Part shown: positions 1 to 11,624 of the stretch, in pieces
Layout: every line of letters starts with the position of its first letter
Position numbering within the stretch: position 1 is the stretch's first letter
NCBI GenBank assembly: GCA_002104905.1
Contig: MCFE01000803.1
Span: 1-34,354 of the forward strand
Source: Basidiobolus meristosporus CBS 931.73
Taxonomy: Eukaryota > Fungi > Basidiobolomycota
Length of the DNA stretch: 34,354 nt
Direction of reading: 5' to 3'
Notes under the pieces: model-generated
Databases searched by the model: none
The model's input: the letters and a program-made list of their open reading frames with translations, nothing else
Told to the model about the DNA's origin: nothing
Made by a program: the position numbers and the translations under genes

Positions 1-144
1 TGATTTTTTAAAAATATATTTTAACATTAATTTTATTAACTTTGAACACTTCTGAATATTTTTTTATTTTATACCAACATTGGTTTAAACTACTTTTGCT
101 AACTTAAAGTAATTTTGGATTAAACCTTTCTAAAACTATTATTG

Positions 145-1700
145 TTATCTTGATCCTAACTCCACTCTGAGATTCTCACATTGTGGGCTAGCAAGTGTTT
201 TTGCAATATATCTGCTAACATTTTGTCAATTGGACAGTAAGCTAACTCTAAGTTATTTTCTACAGCTTCCCTGACAAAGTGGTGTTGTATACTTATGTGC
301 TTAGTTCTGGCATGATTAGTAGGGTTCCTAGTTGATTAAATACAATGTTGATTATCTTTGTCAATGCATGTTAGTTCATCTAAATTAAAGCCTAAGTCTT
401 TGAATAGTTTCTGTAGCCATATAGCCTCCTTAGTTGCTTGGCAAGTGGCCCTATATTGAGCTTCAGTTGTAGATAGGGCCACAGTTGGCTGTTTCTTGCA
501 ATTCCAAGTGATAGCTGCACCAGAATAAAGAAATACATACCCAGTAGTAGAACATCTGTCAATCAGATCCCTACCCCAGTGTGAATCAGTAAAATCATCA
601 AATTTTTGCCTATAAGCTGCTTGAGAGTATTCTAGTTGCATAATTATGGTACCTTTTAGATATCTGAGAATCTGCTTAACAGCCATTATTTAATCTGATC
701 TATAATTCTGCATGAAATGACAGACTATTCCAATTGCTGCTGCAATATCTGGACCTGTAGCCACCATCAGGTACATCAGACTACCAACCATTGATTGGTA
801 TGGAAAGCCTTGGCCCATACTTAAGCCATTTTCACCTAAACTAGCTGAGATTTGCTCAATTTTAGATTCTTGTCCATAGAGGTAGCTGCAGGTTTGCAGT
901 TTTCCATTTTAAAGCATCTGAAGATGTCCTTGATCTACTTAGACCAATTCAGCACAATTATAAGTGTAGGTGTATCATATTTCAATTCAATCATAAGAAA
1001 ATAGCTCAATTTTACAAGATCTGTCATCTCAAACTTGCTGAAGAGATCTGTTTTGGTCTCTTTAAGTGCCTCCTGGTCACTTGTAGCTATTATTAGACTG
1101 CCTACATAAGGAACTAGGATGCTCACACTCTTTTTGGGCTGTTTCATATGTTTAGTCAGTGTCACAAATGAACCCAGTCTCCTCTAGATATGTGCAATCT
1201 TGTTATACCATGCTCTAGGTGCCTGCTTAAGCCCAAACAAGTATTTCTTGAGTCTGCACACCATATGGGGGCCTTCTGGATTGATAAAACCTTTTGATTG
1301 CTCCATAAAGTTTCTTGCAAATCCCCATTTAGAAAGGCTCTTTTGACATCAATTTGGTGTAGATCTAGACTGTGTACAGCTGCCAGGGCTAGAACTGTCC
1401 TAATGGAGGCAAACTTGGCAACCAGAGCAAATGTTTCCTTAAAGTCTAGTCCTTGAATCCAAAAATTGCCTTTAGCTACCAATCTAGCCTTGTACTTATT
1501 AAAGGTACCATTGGAGGTTATCTTGATCTTGTAGACCTATCTACATTATACTAGCTTTCTCCCATTTGGTAAGTCTACCAGTACCTACATTTTTGCCTTG
1601 ATCAGTGATTGGTACTCCTCCTGCATGGCTTGTTGACACATAGTAGCATCTAGACCTTGCATTGCATGTTCAAGATGGTGTGGCTTGGCACATTAAACAA
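145..1700 (-). pseudogene. pol: Copia A reverse transcriptase / RNase H remnant
   Basis: ORF 1162-1482 (LVAKG..QGLDFKETFALVAK..SIRTVLALAA..LHQIDVKRAFLNGDL), ORF 935-1165 (YVGSLIIAT, decayed YVDD) and ORF 336-686 ([33 protein letters not shown]) are copia RT and RNase H motifs, split by frameshifts. Confidence 0.93.
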
Positions 1701-2180
1701 GATAAGCTACTTCATAATCACTGGATATTTGCCACTTGGAATCAAAGGCATTTCATATTCTGGTAGATCTCCTAGCAAGGATAATTTGCTCTGATCTGGA
1801 ACTGGTAAATTATTTTGCATATCTGGCTGAATTAGGTACTTTTCTACTTCATCAGTGTTGATTGCATCATCAGGCAGCTAGCCAATGATTTCAGTGGCTT
1901 TCCAATATGAATTCTCCTCAAGTACACTGTCCCAGCTCTTGATTGGCTCCTGAAGTTTGCCATCATACACTTTGTACCCTTTAGTATCTTCACAAGACCC
2001 ACAAAGATTCCTCTTCTACTCTTTGGCTCCAGCTTGGAGCATTTTTTGTCAGGAATTCAATAAAAGACACTGCTGCCAAAAATCCTGACGTGCCAGAGGT
2101 CTGGTTTCTTGTCTGTATATGCTTTAAGGGGTGTATAATTATGTAATGCTGTTGTTGCACATCTATTCTTGATGTATGCC

Positions 2181-2549
2181 TGTTGCAATTTAAGAAGTGA
2201 TTTGGATATAAGGAACTTATCAAGAAATAGTGATAATAGTTGAACTGTTGTTTATTCATAAAGAAGCTCAGTATTTATACCTTTGTAGAAGTAAAACAGC
2301 TGCAACACTAAGCAGGGAGGGTTTCTCAATATTCAGGAGCATTTTGCAACAGTTTCAGGGTTAGTACATAATGTTTGGTAATAGTGCTAATTTGATCCTG
2401 ACTATAGGGGAATAATCATAAGATCATATATCTGGAGTAAGTGGCAAAGTTAAGGCAGTAAATGAGTCCTACAGTGACTAAGACTAGTCTAGAATTGGTA
2501 AGTAAATTTTTAGCTCCTGAATGATAACAAATAGTCCAATATTTCAACA
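2181..2549 (-). repeat. Solo LTR of family A inside the integrase of copy A
   Basis: TGTTG...CAACA termini, 369 bp, colinear with 5881-6250; 5-bp TSD ATGCC at 2176-2180 and 2550-2554. Confidence 0.95.
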
Positions 2550-3081
2550 ATGCCACCATAGCAATTAATTCAGCCAAAAACTTGAAGTTCATTCCCTTAT
2601 CATGTAGCATAGATCTTCCCATCACTGCTGTTGTTCTATATGCTCATTTTGCTACTCAACTTTGCTGTGGAGTATGTGGAACAGCTTTCTGCTCAAGTAT
2701 ACCAGTAGATGAGCAGTATTTTGCAAATTCCTTTGAGCAGTATTTTCTTCAATTGTCACTTTGAAGCACCTTCAATTTGCACCCAGTTTGTGTTTCAGTC
2801 ATGTTCTTGAAGTGCTTAGACAACTCTAAAGCATCATTCTTTGCCTTGAGGAAGTACACCCATGCATATCTTGTCTTGCCATCAATAAACATCTTAAAGT
2901 ATTTCTTGGCTCCAGAGGACAGTGTTCACATAGGCCCACATTTGTCTGAGTTTACAATAGCCAATATTTTGGTGGTGTTGATGCCTCCTAAGCTCCTGAA
3001 ATATTGTCTAGCTTGTTTGCCATATGAGTAACCCTTACAGACACTCAATTTGATCAGAATTGAATAATTTGGGCCTAAAAC

Positions 3082-3431
3082 TGTTGTAAGAGTCTTGGAG
3101 ATATTGGAAGTGATTGGGAGGACAAGTAGTTTGTGTGGTTTTCACTTGATGATTTATTGAATGTAAAAGTAGTATTCATACTTTTACCTGGTCTTGGCAT
3201 AACAAACACATAGAATAGGTTAAAGAGGGTCCCAAGAACATGTGTGCAAAGTTTGCGGCTGTTTAGATAACTTTGAGAATTTCCATGTTCTGGGTACCTG
3301 GTATTTTGGTGAAAATATTTTAAGTAAATCCCCACAAGGAATTTGGGTCAGTATTCTCTAGGATTTGAAGGTAATGATCTAAGTGACTAAGTTAGGTGAA
3401 TATTTAGGTGGAAATACAAATTTGTACAACT
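3082..3431 (-). repeat. Solo LTR of copia family C
   Basis: TGTTGTAAG...TACAACT (terminal A decayed), 350 bp, homologous to 14964-15313 and 28415-28755; TSD AAAAC at 3077-3081 and 3432-3436. Confidence 0.92.
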
Positions 3432-3792
3432 AAAACATGCTGATTTTTCACTAATTGGCTCATTTTCTGTTCCCCAATGTGTCCTAGCCTCCTATGCCAT
3501 GTCTCCCAGGTAGTTGTATTGGCTTAAGCAATGTTGGCATAATCTGGTACAATGATCTTGCATTGTAACTGGTATATATTGCAATATCTGATTCCCAAAG
3601 CTATTTTTTGTTCATTTTCACTCAATATTGAGCAGTTCAGCTTAGTAAAAATAAATTCCAGTCCTTGGGCAGTTGCTTTACTGACTGAGAGTAGGTTCTT
3701 AGCTATTCCAGGTAGGTAGAGTATATCAGTCAGTTTTGCTGCTGTAGCCCCTGGGATATCACTCATATATAGTTGTATAGGCCCACTGGCAG

Positions 3793-4593
3793 TGTGGTAG
3801 GGTAAACATACCTCCCACAGACAAGTTTGTTCATATAGCCATTATGATATACTTATCCATATTTTATCTTATCAGTATTATCCCATTCTTCTTTTGCCCA
3901 TATTATCAGTATTATCCCTATATGATGTTTACCCTGATTAATTATTAGCATTAGTTATTGCAGATGTTATTCAGCTTTATGATCAGTATATGCATCTACA
4001 TAAGGCAGGTACCTGTGCCAGTACCCATGACACATGGCCTAGGGCTGTGTTACCATCCCTACCATTTCAATACCATATATGGTATCTCTATGTTGCACAG
4101 GTTTCAGACTACTGATTCCCAATTAGTTGGATGTGCTGTGCCTTTTAGAATCTTCCAGGACATTCTTGGCATATTTTTAGTTCATAGTGATGTCATCAAG
4201 AATTCCACTGATGCCTAGAATCTTCTAGAACCTTGTCATTAGTAATCACTTGGCAATCTGGAAAAGTACTTAAGGGAATGCAATCCCTTGTCAATAAATC
4301 ATCCCTTCTATCAGTAACACTTCTACCATATTGATCAGTGGTTGATCACTGCACCTGCCTTCAGCAGCACATCTCAGACCTGCCATCAAGGAGCTTTTCA
4401 GGGTAGTGCACAAGACACACAGAGGCCTTTGGAGACACTTGGAGCACCAAGGATGCTAGAAAAGCAGGAGCTTTTACCATAGTGACATATTGACAAAGAC
4501 ACCAGCAGTTTAGACACAGAGGTTATTGCACCCATCAGACACCTCACACACCTTGAGTTGTGTAGCTTCTCCCAGGAGTACCTCTACACCACA
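3793..4593 (+). repeat. Solo LTR of family X (801 bp, apparent 4-bp TSD)
   Basis: TGTGGTAG...CACCACA, inverse homologue of 7779-8578. Flanks GCAG/ACAG. Removing it with one 4-bp copy restores the host frame VHLGDNSALEATAASGPIQLYMSDIP. Confidence 0.88.
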
Positions 4594-4597
4594 ACAG

Positions 4598-5843
4598 CGG
4601 TAGCTTCCAGTGCAGAGTTGTCTCCCAGATGAACCATTCTTACTGGATTAGACTTTAAGTTGCTGTGTTACAAGTCTTTGTATAAGAGTTGCAGAGGAAT
4701 AGCATGTTTAGCTAGTACTGTATTCACTAAAACTTGAACTGATTTTTATTGAGGTTCCTGCAGCTCCTTATATACATTTTGTCAGATCAATAGCTGACTA
4801 ATTGTATTTCCTAAATGTAGGCTGTGGCTGATGACTCATTTGATTGCATCATCATCACCCAATAAGATCCTACTTAATATATATATTTCTGGCTGATAAG
4901 GATTTGCTGATTCATTTGCTGACTAATGCTACTGATTTGATATATAACATTGTTATACTGATAGGCTAAACATAAAACTAATTGATTTGACTAAAAAGCT
5001 GATATAACTTGTACATTTAAGTGGCAGACCATAAAAACTGAACCACTCCTTTATACCCCAATTTACTGTGATGCTCCAGAGTCAACAGATCATTTGTTAC
5101 TTTGGTTACTTGCACTCTCTTGTACAGTTAAAAGTCACTGTTCATCAGTAGTTATATGGTTTGCCTGCTCCAGTTTCTGTTTTTTGACTGCTTATTTCTT
5201 CTTGCATTGTCCTGCCCAGTGTCCTGGCTTCTTACAGTAGTTACAGCTACCAGGTCTTCTTTGGTTCAGTAGCTTTCCCTTCTTTTCTGTGTGCCTTTCT
5301 AGGATGAAAAAAGCATTGTCTTCAATTTTCTCTGCTTGATCATTACATCTGTGATCTTCATGGGGAAGTCTGCCTCCAACATAGTCTAAAGGCTAACTGT
5401 CTTCTCTGCTTCCAAAAGAAAGTATGAGAGACTCATACTTGTCTGGTAGGCTGCAAAGCAGATAGAGTATCTTTTCTTCATCATCTGCACCAGCACTAAT
5501 ACTGTAAAGCTCTTCTGGAAGTGTCTCCATTCTGCAATGAGTTGTGGCATGTCATCATCTGGCTTCTTCCTCATGGTGAAGAAATTTCATTTTCAATAAT
5601 GCTTGCTTGATACTGGCTTTGCTTTAAAGATCTTCTCTAAGGATTCCCATGCTGCTCTGGCAGTATTTGAAGCTTAGATTTGTCCAATGAAGGAATTTTG
5701 CACATTCCTGCTACTATACTCCAAAGCTTTGTTTCTTTAAGGTGGATCAGCATCTTGATTCTCCAAAGTCTGTAGTTCTTTCCATCAAACCTCTCCTTTA
5801 CAAGGAAGATGTTTGTGTTATTTTGTTTGCTGGTAAAAGTCAT
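4598..5843 (-). pseudogene. gag: Copia A gag / protease remnant
   Basis: ORF 5637-5843 (ERFDGKNYRLWRIKM..LWSIV), CCHC knuckle CNYCKKPGHWAGQC at ~5204-5245, protease motif VDSGASQ at ~5065-5087. Confidence 0.9.
4661..5015. mobile_element. Unclassified 355-bp insertion U (putative solo LTR or MITE) in copia A protease
   Basis: Starts TG, ends CA, flanked by the direct repeat TTTAAGT (4654-4660, 5016-5022). Separates KEWFSFY from LKSNPVRMVHLGD of the host. No second copy in window. Confidence 0.6.
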
Positions 5844-5867
5844 CCTTAAAATTGGTTAAGGCAGTCC

Positions 5868-5880
5868 GGGGCTCATAACC
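5868..5880 (-). promoter_or_regulatory. Primer-binding site of copia A, half-tRNA(iMet) type
   Basis: Reverse complement GGTTATGAGCCCC directly abuts the LTR end and is complementary to the initiator tRNA anticodon arm GGGCUCAUAACC. Confidence 0.9.
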
Positions 5881-6250
5881 TGTTGCAAATTCAGAAGTGA
5901 TTTGGATATAAGGAACTTATCAAGAAATAGTAATAATAGCAAAACTGTTGTTTATTCATAATGAGGATCAGTAATTATACCTTTGTAGCAATAATGCAGC
6001 TGTAACACTGAGTAAGGAGGGCTACTTAACATTCAGGAGCATTGTGTGACAGTTTCATGGTTAGTACATAATGTTTGGTAAAAGGTGTTAATTTGATATT
6101 GACTATAGGTAAATATTCATGGGATCATTAATCCGAAGAAACAGGCAATGTTGAGGCTACAAATTAGTCCTGCAGTGACCAAGACTAGTCTAGAATTGTT
6201 AAGTCAGTTTTTAACTGCTGAATGATACCAAATAGTCCAATATTTCAACA
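5881..6250 (-). repeat. 5' LTR of copia A
   Basis: TGTTG...CAACA, 370 bp, adjacent PBS and gag, second copy at 2181-2549. Confidence 0.95.
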
Positions 6251-9200
6251 GCCACAACTTTATTTATAATGCTTACTATGGCAGGCATCATAGAATCTTA
6301 CATTCATGTGGGTGCAATGTCTCAAATACAAGACTATCTTATATTCACATGAGTATTGACCAAAAAGTGATACTACAGATTTACATTGTCAAAGGTCAAA
6401 CTGTTTGCCTTATGAACAAGACTACTATGATTCAACTCCGTGAGAGAAGCGAGAAAAGACCTTGTGCCTATTGTAGTGAGCCCCTCAGCCATAAAGCACA
6501 CAGACAGCCTAGGAAGTATTACAATAATCATGACCAGTTTTTTGCCATACAAGTCATCATTGACTATTCATCAGTTACTACTGTATCAACATTGTCTTGA
6601 TGGCCAGTTGATACCTCTATATTGGCATCTGGCAGTCTTTGTCATTTTGAGCAAACTGAGTCAGGTGAGTTTGTGACACCTTTAGGCTCACCTCAGTGTT
6701 CTGAATATGGCACACAGAGTGATAACTCTGATAAAGAAGGCTCACTGATCAATTGTGAGCCTATCTCCCCTAATAGTAGTACCACTGATGAGCCCAGTCA
6801 AAACCCAATATGCAATGAGACAACACCCATGAAACAAGTGCCAAGAACATAGTATGGAGCCAAGTGAGTCCAGTAATCCATCTACTGGTGAATGATATAA
6901 TGTTGTGGCTAGAGAAGCGGTGTGTTTCCACAAATATCAGTAATGGGGGCTTTGAGGATTTATTACCACTTCTTGCCCAAATCATTCCAGGATGGAACTT
7001 ACCATGTACATGGTACAAGTAGAGAACTGTAATGCCGTTAGCAAGATATGACCCAGTGACTGCCCTGATTCCAGCATGTTTTAACAGTTGCATGGCATTC
7101 ACATCCAAAAATGCCACCATCGCAACATGTTCAGATTGTCAGGAATTCACCACCATTGAGGGAAAATATTGCTCACACTCCAGATATATTCTGTAATACC
7201 CCATCTAAAGAAGCTCATGCAGTCCAACCAATATCGCAAGCTATAAAGTACTGCACTCACATCAATTAAGTACAAACATATTCAATACATTTGATGGCAT
7301 CATTACAAGCAGCTAACAAGCACAGGCCACTTTGAAGGTATATATGACCATGCCTTTGCCTTGGCACTTGATGGATTCTCATTAAACAAGTACTCTACCT
7401 TCAAATCCTGCTGGCTACTGATTTTCTTCAACCTGAATCTGCCACATATCTTATGGTATCAGAGCAAAAACTTGATGGTAGTCTCACTGGTATTGGGGCC
7501 TAAATCACTGTCCAACCATGATAGCTACCTGTATCCATTGCTGGATGAATTCAGTATGCTTTGCAGCAGGATAACAGTAAACGGCCATTATGTCAAAGTG
7601 CAAATAATTATCTGCATAGAGGATGTCCCAGCCATCAGCATGATAGCTGGCTTTTCTGGGCACAATTGACAGTATTGCCGTCAAATATGTCAGATCCAGG
7701 GGATTTACACCATAAGTCACACACTATAATTATCCAAACACCAACAATTAGAACATCATCTTCCCACAGAGAGAATGTTGTGGTGGTTTAGAGGTCCCCT
7801 AGGAGACACTACACAACTCAAGGTGTGTGAGTTGTCTGATGGCTGCAATAACCTATGTGTCTAAACTGCTGTTGTCTTTGTCAATATGTCACTATGGTAA
7901 AAGCTCCTGCTTCTCTAGCCTCCTGGATACTTCAAGTGTCTCTAATGGCCTCTGTGTGTCTTGTGCACTACCCTGAAAGCTCCTTGATGGCAAGTCTGAG
8001 GTGTAATTAATAAAGGCAGGTGCAGTGATCATCTGCTAAACAGTAAGGGGAAAGTGTTACTGATAGAAGTAATGATTTATTGCTGAGGGATTGATCTCCC
8101 TTGAATACTTTTCTGAATTGCCAAGTGATTACTATAGACAGGGTTCGAGATGATTCCAGCCATCAATGGAATTCTGGATGACATCACTATGAGCCAAAAA
8201 TACTCCAAGAAGGTCCTGGATGGCTCTTAAAGGCAGAGCACATCCAACTAACTGGGATCAGCAGTTCAAAACCTGTGTAACAAAGGGATACCATGTATGG
8301 CATTAAATGGTAGGGATGTTAACACAGACTTGGGTTATGTGTCATAGGTACTGATGCAAATACTGGCCTAATGTAGATACATTTACAGATCACAAATCTG
8401 AATAATATCTGGGATTGCTAAAGCTAATAACTTATCAGGAGTTACATTGTATGGGGATAATACTAATAATATAGGCAAAGAAGAATGGGATAATACTGAT
8501 AAGATAAAATATGGATAAGTGCATCAAAATAGCTATAGGGATAAGCTTGTATGTGGGAGGCATGATTACGCTATCACAACATACAGAGTCAGCATGCAGT
8601 TGCAGCAAAGTTGGCCAGCTCAAAGCTATTGGCCAAAATATGTAATTAATTGGAAATCAGAGATACTTAAGATAGAGGGTATCTGTTAGAGCAAGGTGTG
8701 ACAGAATTCTCTTGGTCACAACTTCTATACCACTCAAAGTCAAATTCACACACACAAGAGCCAGAGTGCACCTTTAAGGGGGGCTAGAATCTAGAAGGGA
8801 GAAGGAATATATTGGCTAAATACCACAAAGTTCCTTGCAGATATTCATGAGGTGCTCATAGCAGAAGTGGCAGCAAGCAAACATATGTTTGCAAGATGTA
8901 TACATTACCAGCAGTACAAGGTATATGACAACTTTGCAAGCTTCACACTAAAAAGCTGTAAAGTAAAGGTGATAGAAGTATATCAATTTTGACAGGTGTA
9001 TGCATTTGTGGAGGTTAGTAGGCAGGAGGCCATAGTTCTTGTTGATTCAAACTATATGTGGGATACCCAAGGTAGTAGTTAGTAAGCAAATAAAGAGGAG
9101 TGATTCTACAGTGGTATTTATAAATTGCACAAGGGGAGGTAGAAAAAGGGAATACTTTTTGGTAAAGTGGTATGGTATTTTTATACAGAGCTAGCTGTAG

Positions 9201-9561
9201 GGTGTCATACTGCTGTAATAGTGCAATCAGAGACTTGCAATATGGCTATCAAAATACTGTCATATTTTTTGCCATATAAGGCAACTGAATATACTGGCTA
9301 GTTAGATCCACTTAAAGTAGGTGCAGAGTGGATTAATACCGCAATAATGCCATGCAGTATCATCACAGCACCAATCAAACCCTGTCAAGTTTTATAACAT
9401 TATTTGGCTGTAAAATTAGCAAAACATTGTTGTAATCCTACTAAATGATCATTAAGAGGGTCACTAGTTTCAAGCAGCTGGTATTATGATGGTCTCCAAA
9501 CAGGGTCCTGATGGCTGATTTGGATTGGATCCACCTGTGGGACCAAATTATTCTCATAGGG
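6251..9561 (+). mobile_element. CACTA/EnSpm copy B1: right part, internally deleted, with right terminus
   Basis: Colinear with 32567-34215. Transposase remnant from ATG 6412 (CAYCSEPLSH; LDGFSLNKY; NLNLP; LGPKS; GFSGHN). A deletion at ~8693 jumps to C-terminal sequence homologous to 16460-17300. The end at 9561 reads CCCTATGAGAATAATTTGG in reverse complement. Confidence 0.88.
7779..8578 (-). repeat. Solo LTR of family X (800 bp) in B1 transposase
   Basis: TGTGG...ATCACA. The uninterrupted homologue at ~34095 reads GAGA-ACGT-ACAG; flanks here are ATGT (7775-7778) and ACAT (8579-8582), the two CpG-decay products of an ACGT TSD. Confidence 0.9.
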
Positions 9562-10150
9562 CAACAGGTTCCAAGTCAGGAGTACTTTGAATACCTTCTT
9601 GGTCAGGATTAACAGAAGTCCTAGAGGGCATAGGCACTTCTATTCTAGTAATTACAAGGCACACTGTGTGAAGTATCAAGCACTGTCTGACATTGAGGGT
9701 AACATAACATGGTTTAGTGGGCCATATGCTGGAAATAGGAAATGACAAAGCACTCTGGGTAGAGAAGCTGCTGAAATAACTAGGAGTCCACATGAATTTT
9801 GATATATTGTGAGCTAGCACTTAGTTAAATGACATATTTCAGAATATCAACTTGTAAACTAGTTTGTATAGTACTTGCTAATTATCAAAAGCTAGTGAAG
9901 TACAGAATTTTAGGAAAATCTGAAACCTGTCCAAATGAGCTGAAACCTAGCATACGTACTCCAGAGACTACCCTAATAATGAGCATATAGCTGCATATAC
10001 ATAGCTTTTAATAAGTACAAATACTGTGTTGCAACTCAATAAATCAATAAGTGAGTATCATGTATATCTTTTAGTTCTCCATTTCACTTCAAACATGTCT
10101 CTTTAGTATTTCAGCGTAAATTCAGTAAAGAGGAGAAATCCATGGATGAC
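9562..10150 (+). pseudogene. Degenerate PIF/Harbinger (ISL2EU-like, DDE_Tnp_4-type) transposase fragment
   Basis: Hand translation from ~9561: VRSTLNTFLVRINRSPRGHRHFYSSNYKAHCVKYQALSDIEGNITWFSGPYAGNR(fs)NDKALW, resembling (I/L)DGT..I..P...R.FYS..K.H..KYQ....G.I....GP..G..D. No start-anchored ORF, so absent from the ORF track. Confidence 0.65.
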
Positions 10151-10542
10151 TTAGTTCTTATAGGAGAGGTTAGTCAGAGATTAGGATGTTGTACAGCTCA
10201 TAGGAAGTTAAGGAATGGCATGCTTAGTATGAAGGAGAAGCTCTACAATGACATATGTAATCATTTCCAAGAAAGAGTAGAGCATACATGTGGATAACTG
10301 AAGAGGTTCAGCATATTATCCAGTGTATACAAAGGAAAGTCATGTATAGGATAAAACAGCAGAATAAGTAAAATAGTTAAGATATATATTGATCACACTG
10401 TATTCATAAAAGAAGACATCAACTGAGAGAAAAGCATCTTGAGCATTATGAAGTGTAAATAAAGCAAGAAAAGCACTGTTCTGAGCAAAATAAGTAAGGT
10501 TGAGTAAAATTACCAGTAAGGGTATATTACCACTGGCCTAAT

Positions 10543-10640
10543 GGTGGAAGTTAGAGTGCTAGATAGTGCTGTAGAGTGCCAGATCAATCCAACACTACAC
10601 ACAGGTTAGCACTATGTAGCACTATTCAATGGACCAAGTC
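10543..10640 (+). repeat. ~100-bp phased AGTGC/GCACT inverted array W, copy 1
   Basis: AGTGC at 10555, 10565, 10575, then (G/A)CACTA at ~10592, 10609, 10619; inverse homologue at ~19488-19583. Confidence 0.8.
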
Positions 10641-10967
10641 TATTTACCAAACCATTAGCTAGAGGCAAGCTTAATATATTAAGTCAAAATCAGCACTAGT
10701 CAGCATGAACATTTAGTTGGGTAGGTGTATTGTAAAAATATGAATTCCTCTAAAAAATTCACTTAACTTGGCCATGTAGATCTTTACCTTCAAATCTCAG
10801 AGAATACTGACAAATTTCCTTGTGGGGATTTACTCAGAATATCTCCACAAGAATATCAGGTACCCAAATCATTAAAATCTCAAGGTTGCCCAAATAGCCC
10901 CAAGCTTTGCACACATGTTCTTGGGAGCTTCCTAAACCCATTCTTTGCGCTTTTTATGCCAAGACCT
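10640..10967 (+). mobile_element. Copia family C 3' end fragment F: RNase H tail, PPT, partial 3' LTR from 10728
   Basis: Matches the reverse complement of ~24350-24690 (FTKPLA tail, purine tract, LTR start TATTG decayed from TGTTG); LTR truncated at ~10967. Confidence 0.82.
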
Positions 10968-11615
10968 TGTTCAATCTCAACAAGAATATTGACTTCAAGT
11001 GCATCATTGATGTGGTTGGCTTGCATATGAAGGACAGAGATGGAGAATACTTAGCACAGATGTGCATTTCAAGACACCAATGCCTTTGACATTTAGAAGT
11101 TAAGCATCCCCAACACAAGAGTAATCAGTTAATTAACACAGACTTTAGTTGGATCAAGTAAGCAACTAATACTTATTGAAACAACCTGCCTAAAGTATCC
11201 TAGATTTTCAGAGTAGAAGGCAATATCTATACCTTCAATACGGAATTTTCACAAACACAAACTGTTGCATGCCTATACAGGGGACTAAAATTTAGCCTGG
11301 TCAAGGAATATATTGGCTAAATACCCAAAGGTATTTTACAGATATTCATGAGGTATTTACAGCTAAAGTGATTGTAACCAAGCATATCCCTGCCAAATGA
11401 GTATCTTACCAGCAACACTGCAAATATGTTATCTTTGCAAGCATCACACCGAAGAGCTCCAAAGTTGAGGTGATAGAGGTGTGCCAACTGCAGTAGGTAT
11501 TCATGCATGCAGAAGTTAGTAAGCATGAGGCTATAGTTTGTGTTGATCTAAACTTCATGTGGAATATAAGTAGTAACAATGGGTAAGCAAATAATGAGGG
11601 TGGCCCAGCAGTGGA
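10968..11615 (+). pseudogene. Diverged CACTA transposase C-terminal fragment B6
   Basis: NKNIDFKCIIDVVGLHMKD aligns with IKNITFRSVMAVMRQHIEN of 17397-17585; nucleotide similarity to 8810-9110 (GGAATATATTGGCTAAATACC). Confidence 0.75.
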
Positions 11616-11624
11616 AAATGTCAG

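Larger units (their letters stand above)
1950..3792 (-). pseudogene. pol: Copia A GAG-pre-integrase and integrase remnant, interrupted by two solo LTRs
   Basis: ORF 3524-3766 (LTDILYLPGIAKNLLSVSKAT). Removing 2181-2549 rejoins AELIAMVA|YIKNRC. Removing 3082-3431 rejoins QHVLGPNY..CKGYSYGKQARQ. Confidence 0.88.
145..6250 (-). mobile_element. Ty1/copia LTR retrotransposon copy A, degenerate, with four internal insertions; 3' LTR not seen in window
   Basis: Minus-strand order 5' LTR (5881-6250), PBS, gag, protease, GAG-pre-integrase, integrase, RT, RNase H is the copia domain order. Right flank (6251 GCCAC...) is CACTA internal sequence also seen near 22233 and 32567. Confidence 0.93.

Noticed and set aside
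1-140. Very AT-rich start as the 3' LTR of copia A
   Set aside because: Only scattered short matches (CTGAAT, CAACA) to the A LTR and no PPT; cannot be supported.
5861-5890. GGGCTCATAACC matches as tRNA-Met genes
   Set aside because: No D arm, T arm or acceptor stem around any occurrence; all abut LTRs, so they are primer-binding sites.
8697-9550. Four-copy repeat that first looked like a gypsy LTR (TGTGAC...) or a Helitron 3' end (GGATCCAC/GTGGGAC hairpin)
   Set aside because: It is contiguous with the CACTA transposase in B3 and ends in the C(A/C)CTATG TIR; no TSD, PBS or CTRR end.
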